From the IMG/VR virus record IMGVR_UViG_3300032038_000011, positions 32,001-96,000 of that record: a stretch of 64,000 bases of DNA; one strand, given 5' to 3'. This document shows, piece by piece, positions 51,128 to 60,065 of the stretch. Position 1 is the stretch's first letter, and each line of letters begins with the position of its first letter. Position numbers and translations under genes: made by a program. Source of the DNA: a virus (taxonomy: Duplodnaviria > Caudoviricetes). The notes beneath the pieces were generated by a model, which saw nothing but the letters and a program-made list of their open reading frames with translations, was not told where the DNA came from and searched no databases.

Positions 51128-52423
51128 ATGGAAAAGCAAATACCTATTTATTTTGATAGCGTAGTGATTGATTCTCCCTTTCAAGGAATATCTGAAAGTA
51201 ACCCAAATATTGGTCGCTTAAAGGTACGAGTATTTACCAAATACGGTAATAGAAATGGTTCTTATATTACTGAAGCAGTAGCTAATCAGTTGATAGAATC
51301 TGCTACTCAAGGTACTACTCCCGTAGTTGGTTTCTTTGACCCAGCAACTGAAAGCTGGGCCTCTCACAGCGGCCCAACTTTAGCTAATGGCTATGGTTAT
51401 GTAGAAAATTTCCTTGGCTGGGAGCCATTTGAAGATACAGATGGCGTTACAAGAGAATACGCAGTTTTTTCAGTAGTGCTTTTTACTGATTATTATGAAG
51501 AAGCAAAAAAGATTTTTGGCCAAAATCAATCTATGGAACTTGATCCACTTTCTATTGATGGTGATTGGACAATGATTGAGGGTCAAGAATACTTTGTTTA
51601 TACTAAAGCAAAAATGCTTGGCTTCTGCGTAATTGGTGAGCACGAACCATGTTTTTCGGTATCCTCATTCTTTTCTAAGAATGATGACATATATAAATCA
51701 CAATATGAGAAGTTCTCTTCACTTCTGTTTAACCTCAAAGCACAAGTAGAAGAGGCTGAAAAAAATAATGAAGGAGGAGAACAACCAATGAATGAGTTTG
51801 AAAACAAGGAAACTGTAGAACAGGTTGAGAATCCTCAAGTACAGGAAGAAGTACAAGATACGTTTCAGCAAACTCAAGAAACTGTTGAGCCTGAAGTCGC
51901 CGAAGCTTCAGCTGCAGAAAATTTTGAGGAAAAACCAGCTGAGGTTGAACCAGAAGTTCAAGAACCAGTATCAGAGGAACCTTCTGAATTTGAAGCTTTA
52001 CAAACCAAATTCAATGAACTACAGGAATCCTATAATCAGTTACAATCTGATTACTCCACAGCACAAGCTCGCATTGAAGAACTTGAACAGTTCCAAACCT
52101 CAACCAATACAGAGCTTGAAACTCTTCGCTCTAAGAACGAAGAACTACAGACTTCTTTACAGACTTACACAAATCAAGCCTTAGAAGCTGAAAATAATCG
52201 TAAAAATGAACTAATAAAGAAATACGAAAAAGTAATGAAAGAAGAGGAAATTAGTGATATTAAAGAGAAGGCTAATGACTTTTCTTATGATGAATTAGAG
52301 AGCAAGTTAGCAATTGCTTTTGCTAATAAACAAATGGCTGGTAATGAAATTAAGAAAGTACCACTACCAGATCCAGAACATGCTCAATTCGCATTATTTA
52401 TGGAAAAATATCGTATAGATTAA
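51128..52423 (+). CDS. prohead protease/scaffold protein
   Basis: NRNGS, QSMEL and EPCF motifs, acidic coiled-coil C-terminus. Confidence 0.7.
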   Translation: MEKQIPIYFDSVVIDSPFQGISESNPNIGRLKVRVFTKYGNRNGSYITEAVANQLIESATQGTTPVVGFFDPATESWASHSGPTLANGYGYVENFLGWEPFEDTDGVTREYAVFSVVLFTDYYEEAKKIFGQNQSMELDPLSIDGDWTMIEGQEYFVYTKAKMLGFCVIGEHEPCFSVSSFFSKNDDIYKSQYEKFSSLLFNLKAQVEEAEKNNEGGEQPMNEFENKETVEQVENPQVQEEVQDTFQQTQETVEPEVAEASAAENFEEKPAEVEPEVQEPVSEEPSEFEALQTKFNELQESYNQLQSDYSTAQARIEELEQFQTSTNTELETLRSKNEELQTSLQTYTNQALEAENNRKNELIKKYEKVMKEEEISDIKEKANDFSYDELESKLAIAFANKQMAGNEIKKVPLPDPEHAQFALFMEKYRID

Positions 52424-52437
52424 GGAGGGAAATTATT

Positions 52438-53070
52438 ATGGCTTTAACAAGATTTCCACTAACAAATCCCAATAGCCTATCTAGCAAGTATCGCCCAGGC
52501 GAGAAGCTATATGCAACTCTAGAGCTAAATCAGGTTGCTTTCCCAAAGACTGGTATGGTAGTTTCTCAGACCCCACTATCTGAAGAATTTACAATCAACG
52601 CTCCTTGTGAGAATGGTATGTGGGTTGTAGGCGATAAGGCTGCTGGCGTTATTGCTGCTCCAGCTGCTGCTACTGATAAGCCTATTGGTATTGTTTATAC
52701 TGCTGAAAAAGAATATGATGATTATCATTATGGTCTAGCACGTTTTGGTCGCAAGATTGCTGGCGACTATCCTCGTGTTGGTTTACTAGGTATCGGTGAT
52801 ACCGTAACTACTAACTGCCTACAGTATGATGCTGGTCAAGGTGCTGCTTTTGCTGATTTTGATGCTCTAGATACCTATTTAAGCGGTGATCTAAGTGGCA
52901 CAAATAAGGCTTATGTTATTATTCCTAGCGGACAAGATGATATTAAGTGTGTCCCACAGATTGTTAAATCTCTACCAAATGGCTATGCTGGTATTTATGG
53001 CCGCATTGTAAAATACTACACTGTACCTAACGGCGAAAAGGGCGTTAAGTATCAGATTATTAGTCTATAA
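52438..53070 (+). CDS. head decoration/structural protein
   Basis: ENGM motif; position between scaffold and capsid. Confidence 0.55.
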   Translation: MALTRFPLTNPNSLSSKYRPGEKLYATLELNQVAFPKTGMVVSQTPLSEEFTINAPCENGMWVVGDKAAGVIAAPAAATDKPIGIVYTAEKEYDDYHYGLARFGRKIAGDYPRVGLLGIGDTVTTNCLQYDAGQGAAFADFDALDTYLSGDLSGTNKAYVIIPSGQDDIKCVPQIVKSLPNGYAGIYGRIVKYYTVPNGEKGVKYQIISL

Positions 53071-53085
53071 TAGGAGGTGCGAACT

Positions 53086-54192
53086 ATGAATAAGCTACAA
53101 GTTCTAATGAATGGTGTTTTCGGCCGCAAGGTTCCTGCTGAGTTCGCTGCCGAAAATTATGACTATGAGGCTGCTCTTCGCGACGAGCTAACTAAGCTAC
53201 TTTGCGACGATAAGGGCCGTTTAAATCGCTATAAGTTTGAGCGTAATAAGATTGATCTATTTGAATTACTATCTCAGAATCTAGAGGAAGTTCTACCACG
53301 TAATATTCAGAGTGCTCTAGATATGTTTACAGAAGTTATTCGTGTACCACAGGGTTCTCGTTTAGAGTTCCGTGTAACTCGTGGTAAGCAGCGTGGTCGT
53401 CAGTTTGTTACTCGTGCTACCGAATCTGGTAACTATGAGACTTTCCGTCTAGACCGCGATAAGTTTGATGTATATCCACAGGCTATCGGTGGAGCCGGTT
53501 ATGTAGACTTCGAACGTTATCTCGATGGTCTAGAGAACATGACTGATATTTATGAGATTATCCAACAGGGTATTACTGACCGTATTTTTGAAATGGTTCA
53601 GGAAATGCTTCTAAGTTCTTGGAACATGGCTGGTCGCCCAGCAAAGAATAAGGTTATTGCTTCTAGCTTTGACCCAGCTTCTATGGTTAAGCTTTGCAAT
53701 GTAGTTGCCGCTTATGGTGATCCAATTATTTACTGCACTCCAGAGTTCGCCGCAGAGATGGTAAATGCTATTATTTACAATAACACTACTAAGATTTCCG
53801 ATCAGGATATGCTTGAGGTTCGTGACCGTGGTTATATCGGTCGTTTCCGTGGTGTTCCAGTTGTTGTAATGCCACAGTCTTATACTGATGAAAAGAATGA
53901 GAAGTTAGTTATGAATCCTTCTTTCGCATATGTAATGCCTGCTGGTAAGGAAAAGATCATCAAGCTAGGTTTTGAAGGTTCTCCTTATTTCCGTGAGTGG
54001 GATGACCATGAGGGTGACAATCAGATTGTTCTACAGGGTTATCTAAAGGTTGGCGTTGGCATGATTGGTACTCCTAATTATTGGGGCATCTATTACAATG
54101 CTGGTATCGAAGCTGATGGCTGGAAGGATTATAATGATAATCTAGATGCTAAAATCGCTAGCACTTATGCTGCTGCACATCCAAATAGCTAA
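53086..54192 (+). CDS. major capsid protein
   Basis: 368 aa, strongly biased codons, GYIGRFRGVPVV motif, terminator follows. Confidence 0.8.
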   Translation: MNKLQVLMNGVFGRKVPAEFAAENYDYEAALRDELTKLLCDDKGRLNRYKFERNKIDLFELLSQNLEEVLPRNIQSALDMFTEVIRVPQGSRLEFRVTRGKQRGRQFVTRATESGNYETFRLDRDKFDVYPQAIGGAGYVDFERYLDGLENMTDIYEIIQQGITDRIFEMVQEMLLSSWNMAGRPAKNKVIASSFDPASMVKLCNVVAAYGDPIIYCTPEFAAEMVNAIIYNNTTKISDQDMLEVRDRGYIGRFRGVPVVVMPQSYTDEKNEKLVMNPSFAYVMPAGKEKIIKLGFEGSPYFREWDDHEGDNQIVLQGYLKVGVGMIGTPNYWGIYYNAGIEADGWKDYNDNLDAKIASTYAAAHPNS

Positions 54193-54214
54193 TTAATATA
54201 AACAAATCACTTTA

Positions 54215-54250
54215 ATGGGGTGGGTGAGAATCTCGCCCATCCCATTTTTC
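54215..54250 (+). terminator. intrinsic terminator after the capsid gene
   Basis: ATGGGGTGGGTGAG/CTCGCCCATCCCAT hairpin plus T tract. Confidence 0.7.
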
Positions 54251-54276
54251 TTTTAGAGTTAAAGGAGGAAATTATT

Positions 54277-54726
54277 ATGGCAAAAATTACTTTAAAGAAT
54301 ATTAGTTCTGCTACTGTTGTTATTGGTACTTCTGATGGTGCTATGAGAAGTCGTAGTCTCGCGCCAAATCGTGTTATTACTCTTACTCCTACTGAGTATG
54401 AAGATTTAATGTATGAGCCTGGCGTTCAGAACATGATTCGCGGCGGTTATATTAAGATTGATGGTGTTGCAGAAGATCGTGCAGTAATTGAGACTCCTAC
54501 TAATGTAATGAGTCGTGATGAAATTATTAAGATGCTTAATAATCGTGATATTACTGCTTTTGCTAATTATATTAAGATTGCACCTTCTGCGGCAAAAGAT
54601 ACTATTGTACAATATGTAGTAGAGAATAACATTACAGATAATGCTTTTACCGCTCTTATTAAGAAATATTGCGGCATTGATGTAATTCAGGCTATTTCTG
54701 TAAAGCATCAAGCTGAAGAGAAATAA
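54277..54726 (+). CDS. virion-associated hypothetical protein
   Basis: AAGGAGG RBS; position after capsid. Confidence 0.6.
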   Translation: MAKITLKNISSATVVIGTSDGAMRSRSLAPNRVITLTPTEYEDLMYEPGVQNMIRGGYIKIDGVAEDRAVIETPTNVMSRDEIIKMLNNRDITAFANYIKIAPSAAKDTIVQYVVENNITDNAFTALIKKYCGIDVIQAISVKHQAEEK

Positions 54727-54729
54727 TTT

Positions 54730-55227
54730 ATGGCTACTCCCTTTCTCAAAGTATACGATGCCTTTTTGGCACGAATTACCGCGGATGAATGGACACTTGA
54801 GGAAGAATTAGCAATCGTTGAGCGGGATTGGCAAGAACTTCTAAAAATTGCCATTTTTAGATTTAAGTATCCGCGGACAAGTCTGGATACACAAAAAGTT
54901 GAAACTACTGATTCTGATTCTAATCAATTAGAAGTTTATGAATTTGTAGATGATTTAACCAATGACGAAATACAACTTTTAGCCTTGTACATGAAACACG
55001 AATGGGTTAAAAGATGTATTGCTAGTTGGGAAAATATTCGGCAGTTGTACGCTGATAAAGATTTTTCACAAGCAAATCATTTAGATAAATTAAATAAGTT
55101 GGAGGCCGCAATTCAAGTTGAAGTGCGGCGTGCGGAAGGAATTTATGATCGTTCGCGTAAAAAAACTCCAGCTGAATTATTTAGACGTTTAGCAGGTAAG
55201 AAAAATGCTTTACGAAGAGACGTTTGA
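54730..55227 (+). CDS. head-tail adaptor-like protein
   Basis: TPF..VYDAFL..I and DFSQANHL motifs; synteny. Confidence 0.6.
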   Translation: MATPFLKVYDAFLARITADEWTLEEELAIVERDWQELLKIAIFRFKYPRTSLDTQKVETTDSDSNQLEVYEFVDDLTNDEIQLLALYMKHEWVKRCIASWENIRQLYADKDFSQANHLDKLNKLEAAIQVEVRRAEGIYDRSRKKTPAELFRRLAGKKNALRRDV

Positions 55228-55469
55228 AGGTTATAAAAATAAATTAAAAGGGCGTCTTTATGGTGTGCTTTGTGAAAAAGAAAAAGAAGGCGGAGATTGG
55301 GAAAAATTTTTAAATTCAATATTAATTGAATTAAAAGGTTTAGAGCCAACGTCTATTAATTATTGGCCGCTAATGGGAAAATTAAATTCATTACGATTCT
55401 TAAATTATGAATATTTTAGAAAAACAATTTTTGAATGTATGAATTTAATTGGTAGTTTAGAGGTTCCTA

Positions 55470-56669
55470 ATGAATTACCTTGATGTTTATTTTTCAAGAA
55501 TTAATCACTTAGGTGAAACAACTGCTGAACGAATACGAAATGGTGGGAAACGTTCTTTTGAAAAATGGCTTGCGGAATCGCCTCATACTTTAAGAAATTT
55601 ATCTGTTGAAAGAGGAATATATTTTGATGGAATTATTCTTACTAGTAAAGATAAAGAATATGAAAAAATTATGTTTTTAGAAGTTGCTTTAGATATTCCT
55701 ATTAAAGTAGGAGATATTATGAATTGGACTCTTGACGATGGTTCTATTGAAAAATGGATTTTAATTCAGGAAGAAAAGAAAGTTAATGGAACTTTTAGAA
55801 GCTTTTGGATTGTTCGCTGTAATTATCTTATGAAATGGATAGATAGTGAAGGACATTTGCAATCTTCTTGGGCGTATTTTGTAAGTTCTTTAGATAGCAA
55901 AATAAAGGGAAATTTTAGGACATGGAATAACTTAATTACTCCACAACCTAATAAATTCGCGGAATTATTAATGCCGCGTTATTCTATAGATAGAGCAACA
56001 AATTTTATTGTAGAAGATGAATCTTGGACGGTAGTTGAATATGATTACTCTAGTGTTCCAGGAGTTATTTATCTTTCGCTAACAGAAACTAAAGTTAATG
56101 CAATATATGATGATACTGTTAATGATATTGCAGATTTAGATAAATTAGCGGTTTATGATATATCTATTCCAGAAATAACTCAAAAATTTAAAGTTAATGA
56201 TATTATTGATCTAACTTTTACTTTAATGAAAAATGGCGTACCTTCAAATGAAGAAGTTGAGTTTATTTCTAGTGATAAAAAAATAGCTAAAATAATTGAT
56301 AATAAATTAACTGCTATTTCTAAGGGAAATGTAGATATTATTATTCAATTAAAACAATATCCTACAATTCAAAAAATTATTTCTATTGAAATTGGGGATG
56401 AAGAAAATGAATTTTCTGCATATATTGAAGGAAATGATAATCTTCGATTAGATAGAAAAGGAATTTATATTTTAAAAGGGACTGGAGAAATTTCTGATAA
56501 AGTGGTTTTCACAATTAATGATACTACTCTTGCGCGAATTATTAAAACTACTAATAATAGTTGTGAAATACAAGCAAATTCTAAAAATAAATTAGGAAAA
56601 GTAGTATTAAGTGCGACTTATCAAAATGTAATGTATACTAAAGAAATTTCTATTATTCCATTATGGTAG
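55470..56669 (+). CDS. head-closure/neck protein with Ig-like domain
   Basis: RCNY.MKW motif; FISSDKKIAKI...LTAISKG Ig-like segment. Confidence 0.55.
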   Translation: MNYLDVYFSRINHLGETTAERIRNGGKRSFEKWLAESPHTLRNLSVERGIYFDGIILTSKDKEYEKIMFLEVALDIPIKVGDIMNWTLDDGSIEKWILIQEEKKVNGTFRSFWIVRCNYLMKWIDSEGHLQSSWAYFVSSLDSKIKGNFRTWNNLITPQPNKFAELLMPRYSIDRATNFIVEDESWTVVEYDYSSVPGVIYLSLTETKVNAIYDDTVNDIADLDKLAVYDISIPEITQKFKVNDIIDLTFTLMKNGVPSNEEVEFISSDKKIAKIIDNKLTAISKGNVDIIIQLKQYPTIQKIISIEIGDEENEFSAYIEGNDNLRLDRKGIYILKGTGEISDKVVFTINDTTLARIIKTTNNSCEIQANSKNKLGKVVLSATYQNVMYTKEISIIPLW

Positions 56670-57223
56670 GTGATTTTATGAATGAGTTAAATCAAACTAT
56701 AAAAAAAGAAAAACCCACTCAAAGACGCTTTGCTGTAATGGGAGAAAATACATTTTTAATTGCTAATAAATTAATGCAAAATCAAGCAATTTGTAGATTA
56801 TTAAAATATCCAACAAAAGATCCTTTTTCTGAAAAAGACCCAGTTACTGGGAAAGATCAACCAGATGTTGATGGAATCGAATTAATTAATAAACAAATAT
56901 TAATTGTTCCAAAAATATATGATGATTCAAATGATGAAATGTCTTATATTGTAACAGTATTTGATGATTTTACTGTAAATACTTTAAATCCAGAATTTAA
57001 AATAACTACTTTACGTTTTGATATTGCTTGTCCTTATGATAAGTGGCTTTTAAATGAAAGATCTCTTCGACCATATTTAATTATGGAAGAAATAGATAAG
57101 ATGTTTAATCAGGGTAAATTAAAAGGAATTGGTAATTTGCAATTTTATCGCGCAGATAATTTAACTTTGTCTCCCTGGATTGGAGGCTATTCCATGAGGT
57201 ATAAAATTAATGAATTTAACTGA
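56663..57223 (+). CDS. tail completion/terminator-like protein
   Basis: RPY.IMEEIDKMFN...GIG motif; synteny. Confidence 0.5.
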   Translation: MVGDFMNELNQTIKKEKPTQRRFAVMGENTFLIANKLMQNQAICRLLKYPTKDPFSEKDPVTGKDQPDVDGIELINKQILIVPKIYDDSNDEMSYIVTVFDDFTVNTLNPEFKITTLRFDIACPYDKWLLNERSLRPYLIMEEIDKMFNQGKLKGIGNLQFYRADNLTLSPWIGGYSMRYKINEFN

Positions 57224-57989
57224 TACTGAGACTTTAAAATTTTTAAAAGGCTCTCCAGTTTTTTTAGAAGATATTTGCGCGGTTTATCCTGTTACAATTG
57301 GAGAAATTGTTGACGAGGGTTATGATAATTTTCAAAAATATTTAGGAATATTAATTTCAGAAAAGCCTATTGTTAATTCTAAAGATGATCCTGAATTAAA
57401 AGAAATGTTAGATAATTTAACAGATTTTCAGTATCTATTACTAATGGCTTCTATAGATTTTGAAGTTAATGATACCTTAAAGAAAGCTTTTAATTTTTTT
57501 ATTAAAGAAGAAGTTGATTTTTCTTTTGACCCCGCACAAATTATTATAGGGCCAGTTGAAGAAAACCACTTATTAACAGAGGAAAAGTTTTATGATTTAC
57601 AAAGACTTTTACGTCGAATGTATTTTATAGAACAAGAGGGCGATGAAATTATTATTTATCCAGATGACCCTCCCGCAACCAAAAGGATTAAAATGCAAAT
57701 GCGAGCTAATCGAGAAAAAGTTCGAAAAGCTAAAGCTAAAAAGGCTGAACGAGAAAAATCTGATTTAAAATTTTCAGATTTATTAGGAAGTATTACAATT
57801 AATGATTGCGGCTTAAACATGGATAATATATGGAATATTACATATTATGCTTTTCACGACCAGTTAAAAAGAATGGGTTGGCGTGATCAGTTTAATATAA
57901 ACAATCGCGCCGCATTAGCTGGTGCAAAATTAAAAAAATCACAACTCAAGCATTGGATGCGTTCCATTGCGAGTTCTGATAAATCATGA
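57210..57989 (+). CDS. tail-associated hypothetical protein
   Basis: 259 aa just upstream of the tail tube gene. Confidence 0.5.
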   Translation: MNLTDTETLKFLKGSPVFLEDICAVYPVTIGEIVDEGYDNFQKYLGILISEKPIVNSKDDPELKEMLDNLTDFQYLLLMASIDFEVNDTLKKAFNFFIKEEVDFSFDPAQIIIGPVEENHLLTEEKFYDLQRLLRRMYFIEQEGDEIIIYPDDPPATKRIKMQMRANREKVRKAKAKKAEREKSDLKFSDLLGSITINDCGLNMDNIWNITYYAFHDQLKRMGWRDQFNINNRAALAGAKLKKSQLKHWMRSIASSDKS

Positions 57990-58006
57990 TTTAGGAGGTA
58001 ACTCAC

Positions 58007-59056
58007 ATGGCTGTTAATATTTTTGAAAAATACGGTATTAAGGAAGTTGCCAATGTTTATTTTGAAGCTCTAGAAGACGATCCTAAGTCTAACGTTTATA
58101 AGGGCGACATTGTTCTATTCCTAGATACCCTAAAGGTTTCTACTATTGAAACAACTGCTGAGACCACTGATGCTACTGGTGGTTGGGGCAATCCAAAGCT
58201 AATTTCTTGGGACTATGGTAAGGAAATTACCATTACTCTAGAAGATGCTCTAATTTCTCTAGAGTCTCTACGTTTCATGCTTGGTGGTGCTATTCATCGC
58301 TCTGGTGTAAATGAAGAGTCTGTAATTGTACGTTATAATGAGGAAATTGAAGTTAAGGAAGATGGCAAGATTTCTATTCCTATTGACCATATTACAGGTA
58401 AGAAGTTTGCTCGTCCTATTGTTGGTACATCTGATCATCCAATTCGTCTAATTAATTTAGGCGGTGGTAAGGATAGTGCAACTGCAGGCACTCGAACACA
58501 AATTACTAATGGAACTTTAGAAGATAATACTTCTATTACTTTCTATAATAAAGCTATGGGCGTTGGTAGTATTTCTGGCACTGGGGATGACGCTCAAAAA
58601 ATTGGTGTTGCTCCTAAAAAGGGTGATCGTATTCGTATTTTCTGGGAAGAGGAAGTAAAAGAAGCAAAAGATAAGGATTATGCTGTTGAAGTAACTATTT
58701 CTCCTGATACTTTCCCAGGTACTTATCGTGTTGTTGGCGATACTTTCATGCGTTCTCAGGCTACTGGTAAGGACGAAGCATTCCAGTTTGTAATTGGTAA
58801 GGCTAAGGTTCAGTCTAATGTAACCATTACTCTAGAAGCTGAAGGCGATCCTTCTACTTTCGAAATGACTCTAACTGTTCTACGTAGTGATGGAGATAAT
58901 GGTCAAGAAATGATGAAGCTAATCCGTTATGGTACTGCTGCTGCTGATGCTGCTAATGGTGGCGATGACATTGGTTCTCTAACTGCTCCTACAGGCGGCC
59001 AGGGCGACAATCAAGGCGGCCAGGGCGACAATCAAGGTGGCCAAACCGGTAATTAA
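58007..59056 (+). CDS. major tail (tube) protein
   Basis: TLKVSTIE...ATGGWGNP.LISWD.K, EGDPSTF; biased codons; terminator follows. Confidence 0.75.
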   Translation: MAVNIFEKYGIKEVANVYFEALEDDPKSNVYKGDIVLFLDTLKVSTIETTAETTDATGGWGNPKLISWDYGKEITITLEDALISLESLRFMLGGAIHRSGVNEESVIVRYNEEIEVKEDGKISIPIDHITGKKFARPIVGTSDHPIRLINLGGGKDSATAGTRTQITNGTLEDNTSITFYNKAMGVGSISGTGDDAQKIGVAPKKGDRIRIFWEEEVKEAKDKDYAVEVTISPDTFPGTYRVVGDTFMRSQATGKDEAFQFVIGKAKVQSNVTITLEAEGDPSTFEMTLTVLRSDGDNGQEMMKLIRYGTAAADAANGGDDIGSLTAPTGGQGDNQGGQGDNQGGQTGN

Positions 59057-59076
59057 TAATTGAATATAAAAATATA

Positions 59077-59107
59077 AAACTAGGGGCATTAGCCCCTAGT
59101 TTTTATT
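59077..59107 (+). terminator. intrinsic terminator
   Basis: AAACTAGGGGC/GCCCCTAGTTT plus T tract. Confidence 0.75.
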
Positions 59108-59112
59108 TTTAG

Positions 59113-60003
59113 GTGGTGAATCAGATGCTTGATCAGTATTTTGGCATTAAAGAACTTTCAGAAGTTGTTTTAAAAGCCCACGACCCTATGCAATTTGGTT
59201 CAAGATACCTTGAAGCGGGAGAGCCCGTATTATATTTTGAAAAAGTAAATATGGCTGTACTAAATGAACGACAATCTACAATTATGGCACGAGGAGGTTG
59301 GTCCAATATGCCTCGTGTTATCTGGGAGGATCGTTCAGAAGTACAATTCTCCCTTACTGAAGGTGTTATGTCTTCAATTAGTATGGGAATTTTATTAAGT
59401 GCTTCTGTTTCAGAAGCTAAGCAAAACAAAGAATCTCTTTTAGTACCTAAAAGAGAAGGTCCATTTGAATTAGAAGATGGATGTATTTATATAACACATC
59501 AACCTGTGTTATATCCTGAGAAAAAAGTTTTTATTTATCAATACGAGCGAGGAGTCGCTCAGAAAAAAGTTTTTGGGCAATTAGATCCAGAAAATAATAA
59601 ATATAATCCTTTTTTAGACGAAACTGAAATATGTATTAAAGTGTTTGAAGATAAAGAAAGGAAAAAAGAAGCGGACGCCACAAAAGAATATATTGTGGAT
59701 TATTATTATGAGTATAATGATGAAGCATTGCTTTATACAATACAAAAAGAAAGATTTAATGGATTGTTCACTCTTGAGGGTAAGTTTTACTCCAAGGATG
59801 AAAACGATGGCTTAAATTATACAAATTTGATTTATATGCCAAAAGTAAGAGTCGTGAGTGATATAAACTTACGCTTGGGAGAAAGGGCTGATCCAACTAC
59901 GTCCGTATTTAATATTATTGGATTACCAGAAAACGTAGGCGGTAATAGAAAGGGTATGATTTTGGAGATTACGCGTTTAAGCGAAGATATAGACGCTGAA
60001 TGA
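59113..60003 (+). CDS. second tail-tube-like paralog
   Basis: FGIKE...G..VL.F...A.GGW.N....W aligns with the preceding gene. Confidence 0.6.
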   Translation: MVNQMLDQYFGIKELSEVVLKAHDPMQFGSRYLEAGEPVLYFEKVNMAVLNERQSTIMARGGWSNMPRVIWEDRSEVQFSLTEGVMSSISMGILLSASVSEAKQNKESLLVPKREGPFELEDGCIYITHQPVLYPEKKVFIYQYERGVAQKKVFGQLDPENNKYNPFLDETEICIKVFEDKERKKEADATKEYIVDYYYEYNDEALLYTIQKERFNGLFTLEGKFYSKDENDGLNYTNLIYMPKVRVVSDINLRLGERADPTTSVFNIIGLPENVGGNRKGMILEITRLSEDIDAE

Positions 60004-60040
60004 GCCACTTCCTAAGTGTAGGGAAGTGGCTCTTTTTTAT
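60002..60040 (+). terminator. intrinsic terminator
   Basis: GAGCCACTTCCT/GGGAAGTGGCTC plus T tract. Confidence 0.7.
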
Positions 60041-60065
60041 TTGGTGCAAAAGGAGAGTGAAAAGT

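Noticed and set aside
58994-59044. 21-bp tandem repeat
   Set aside because: Encodes a low-complexity GGQGDNQ tail of the tube protein; ordinary.
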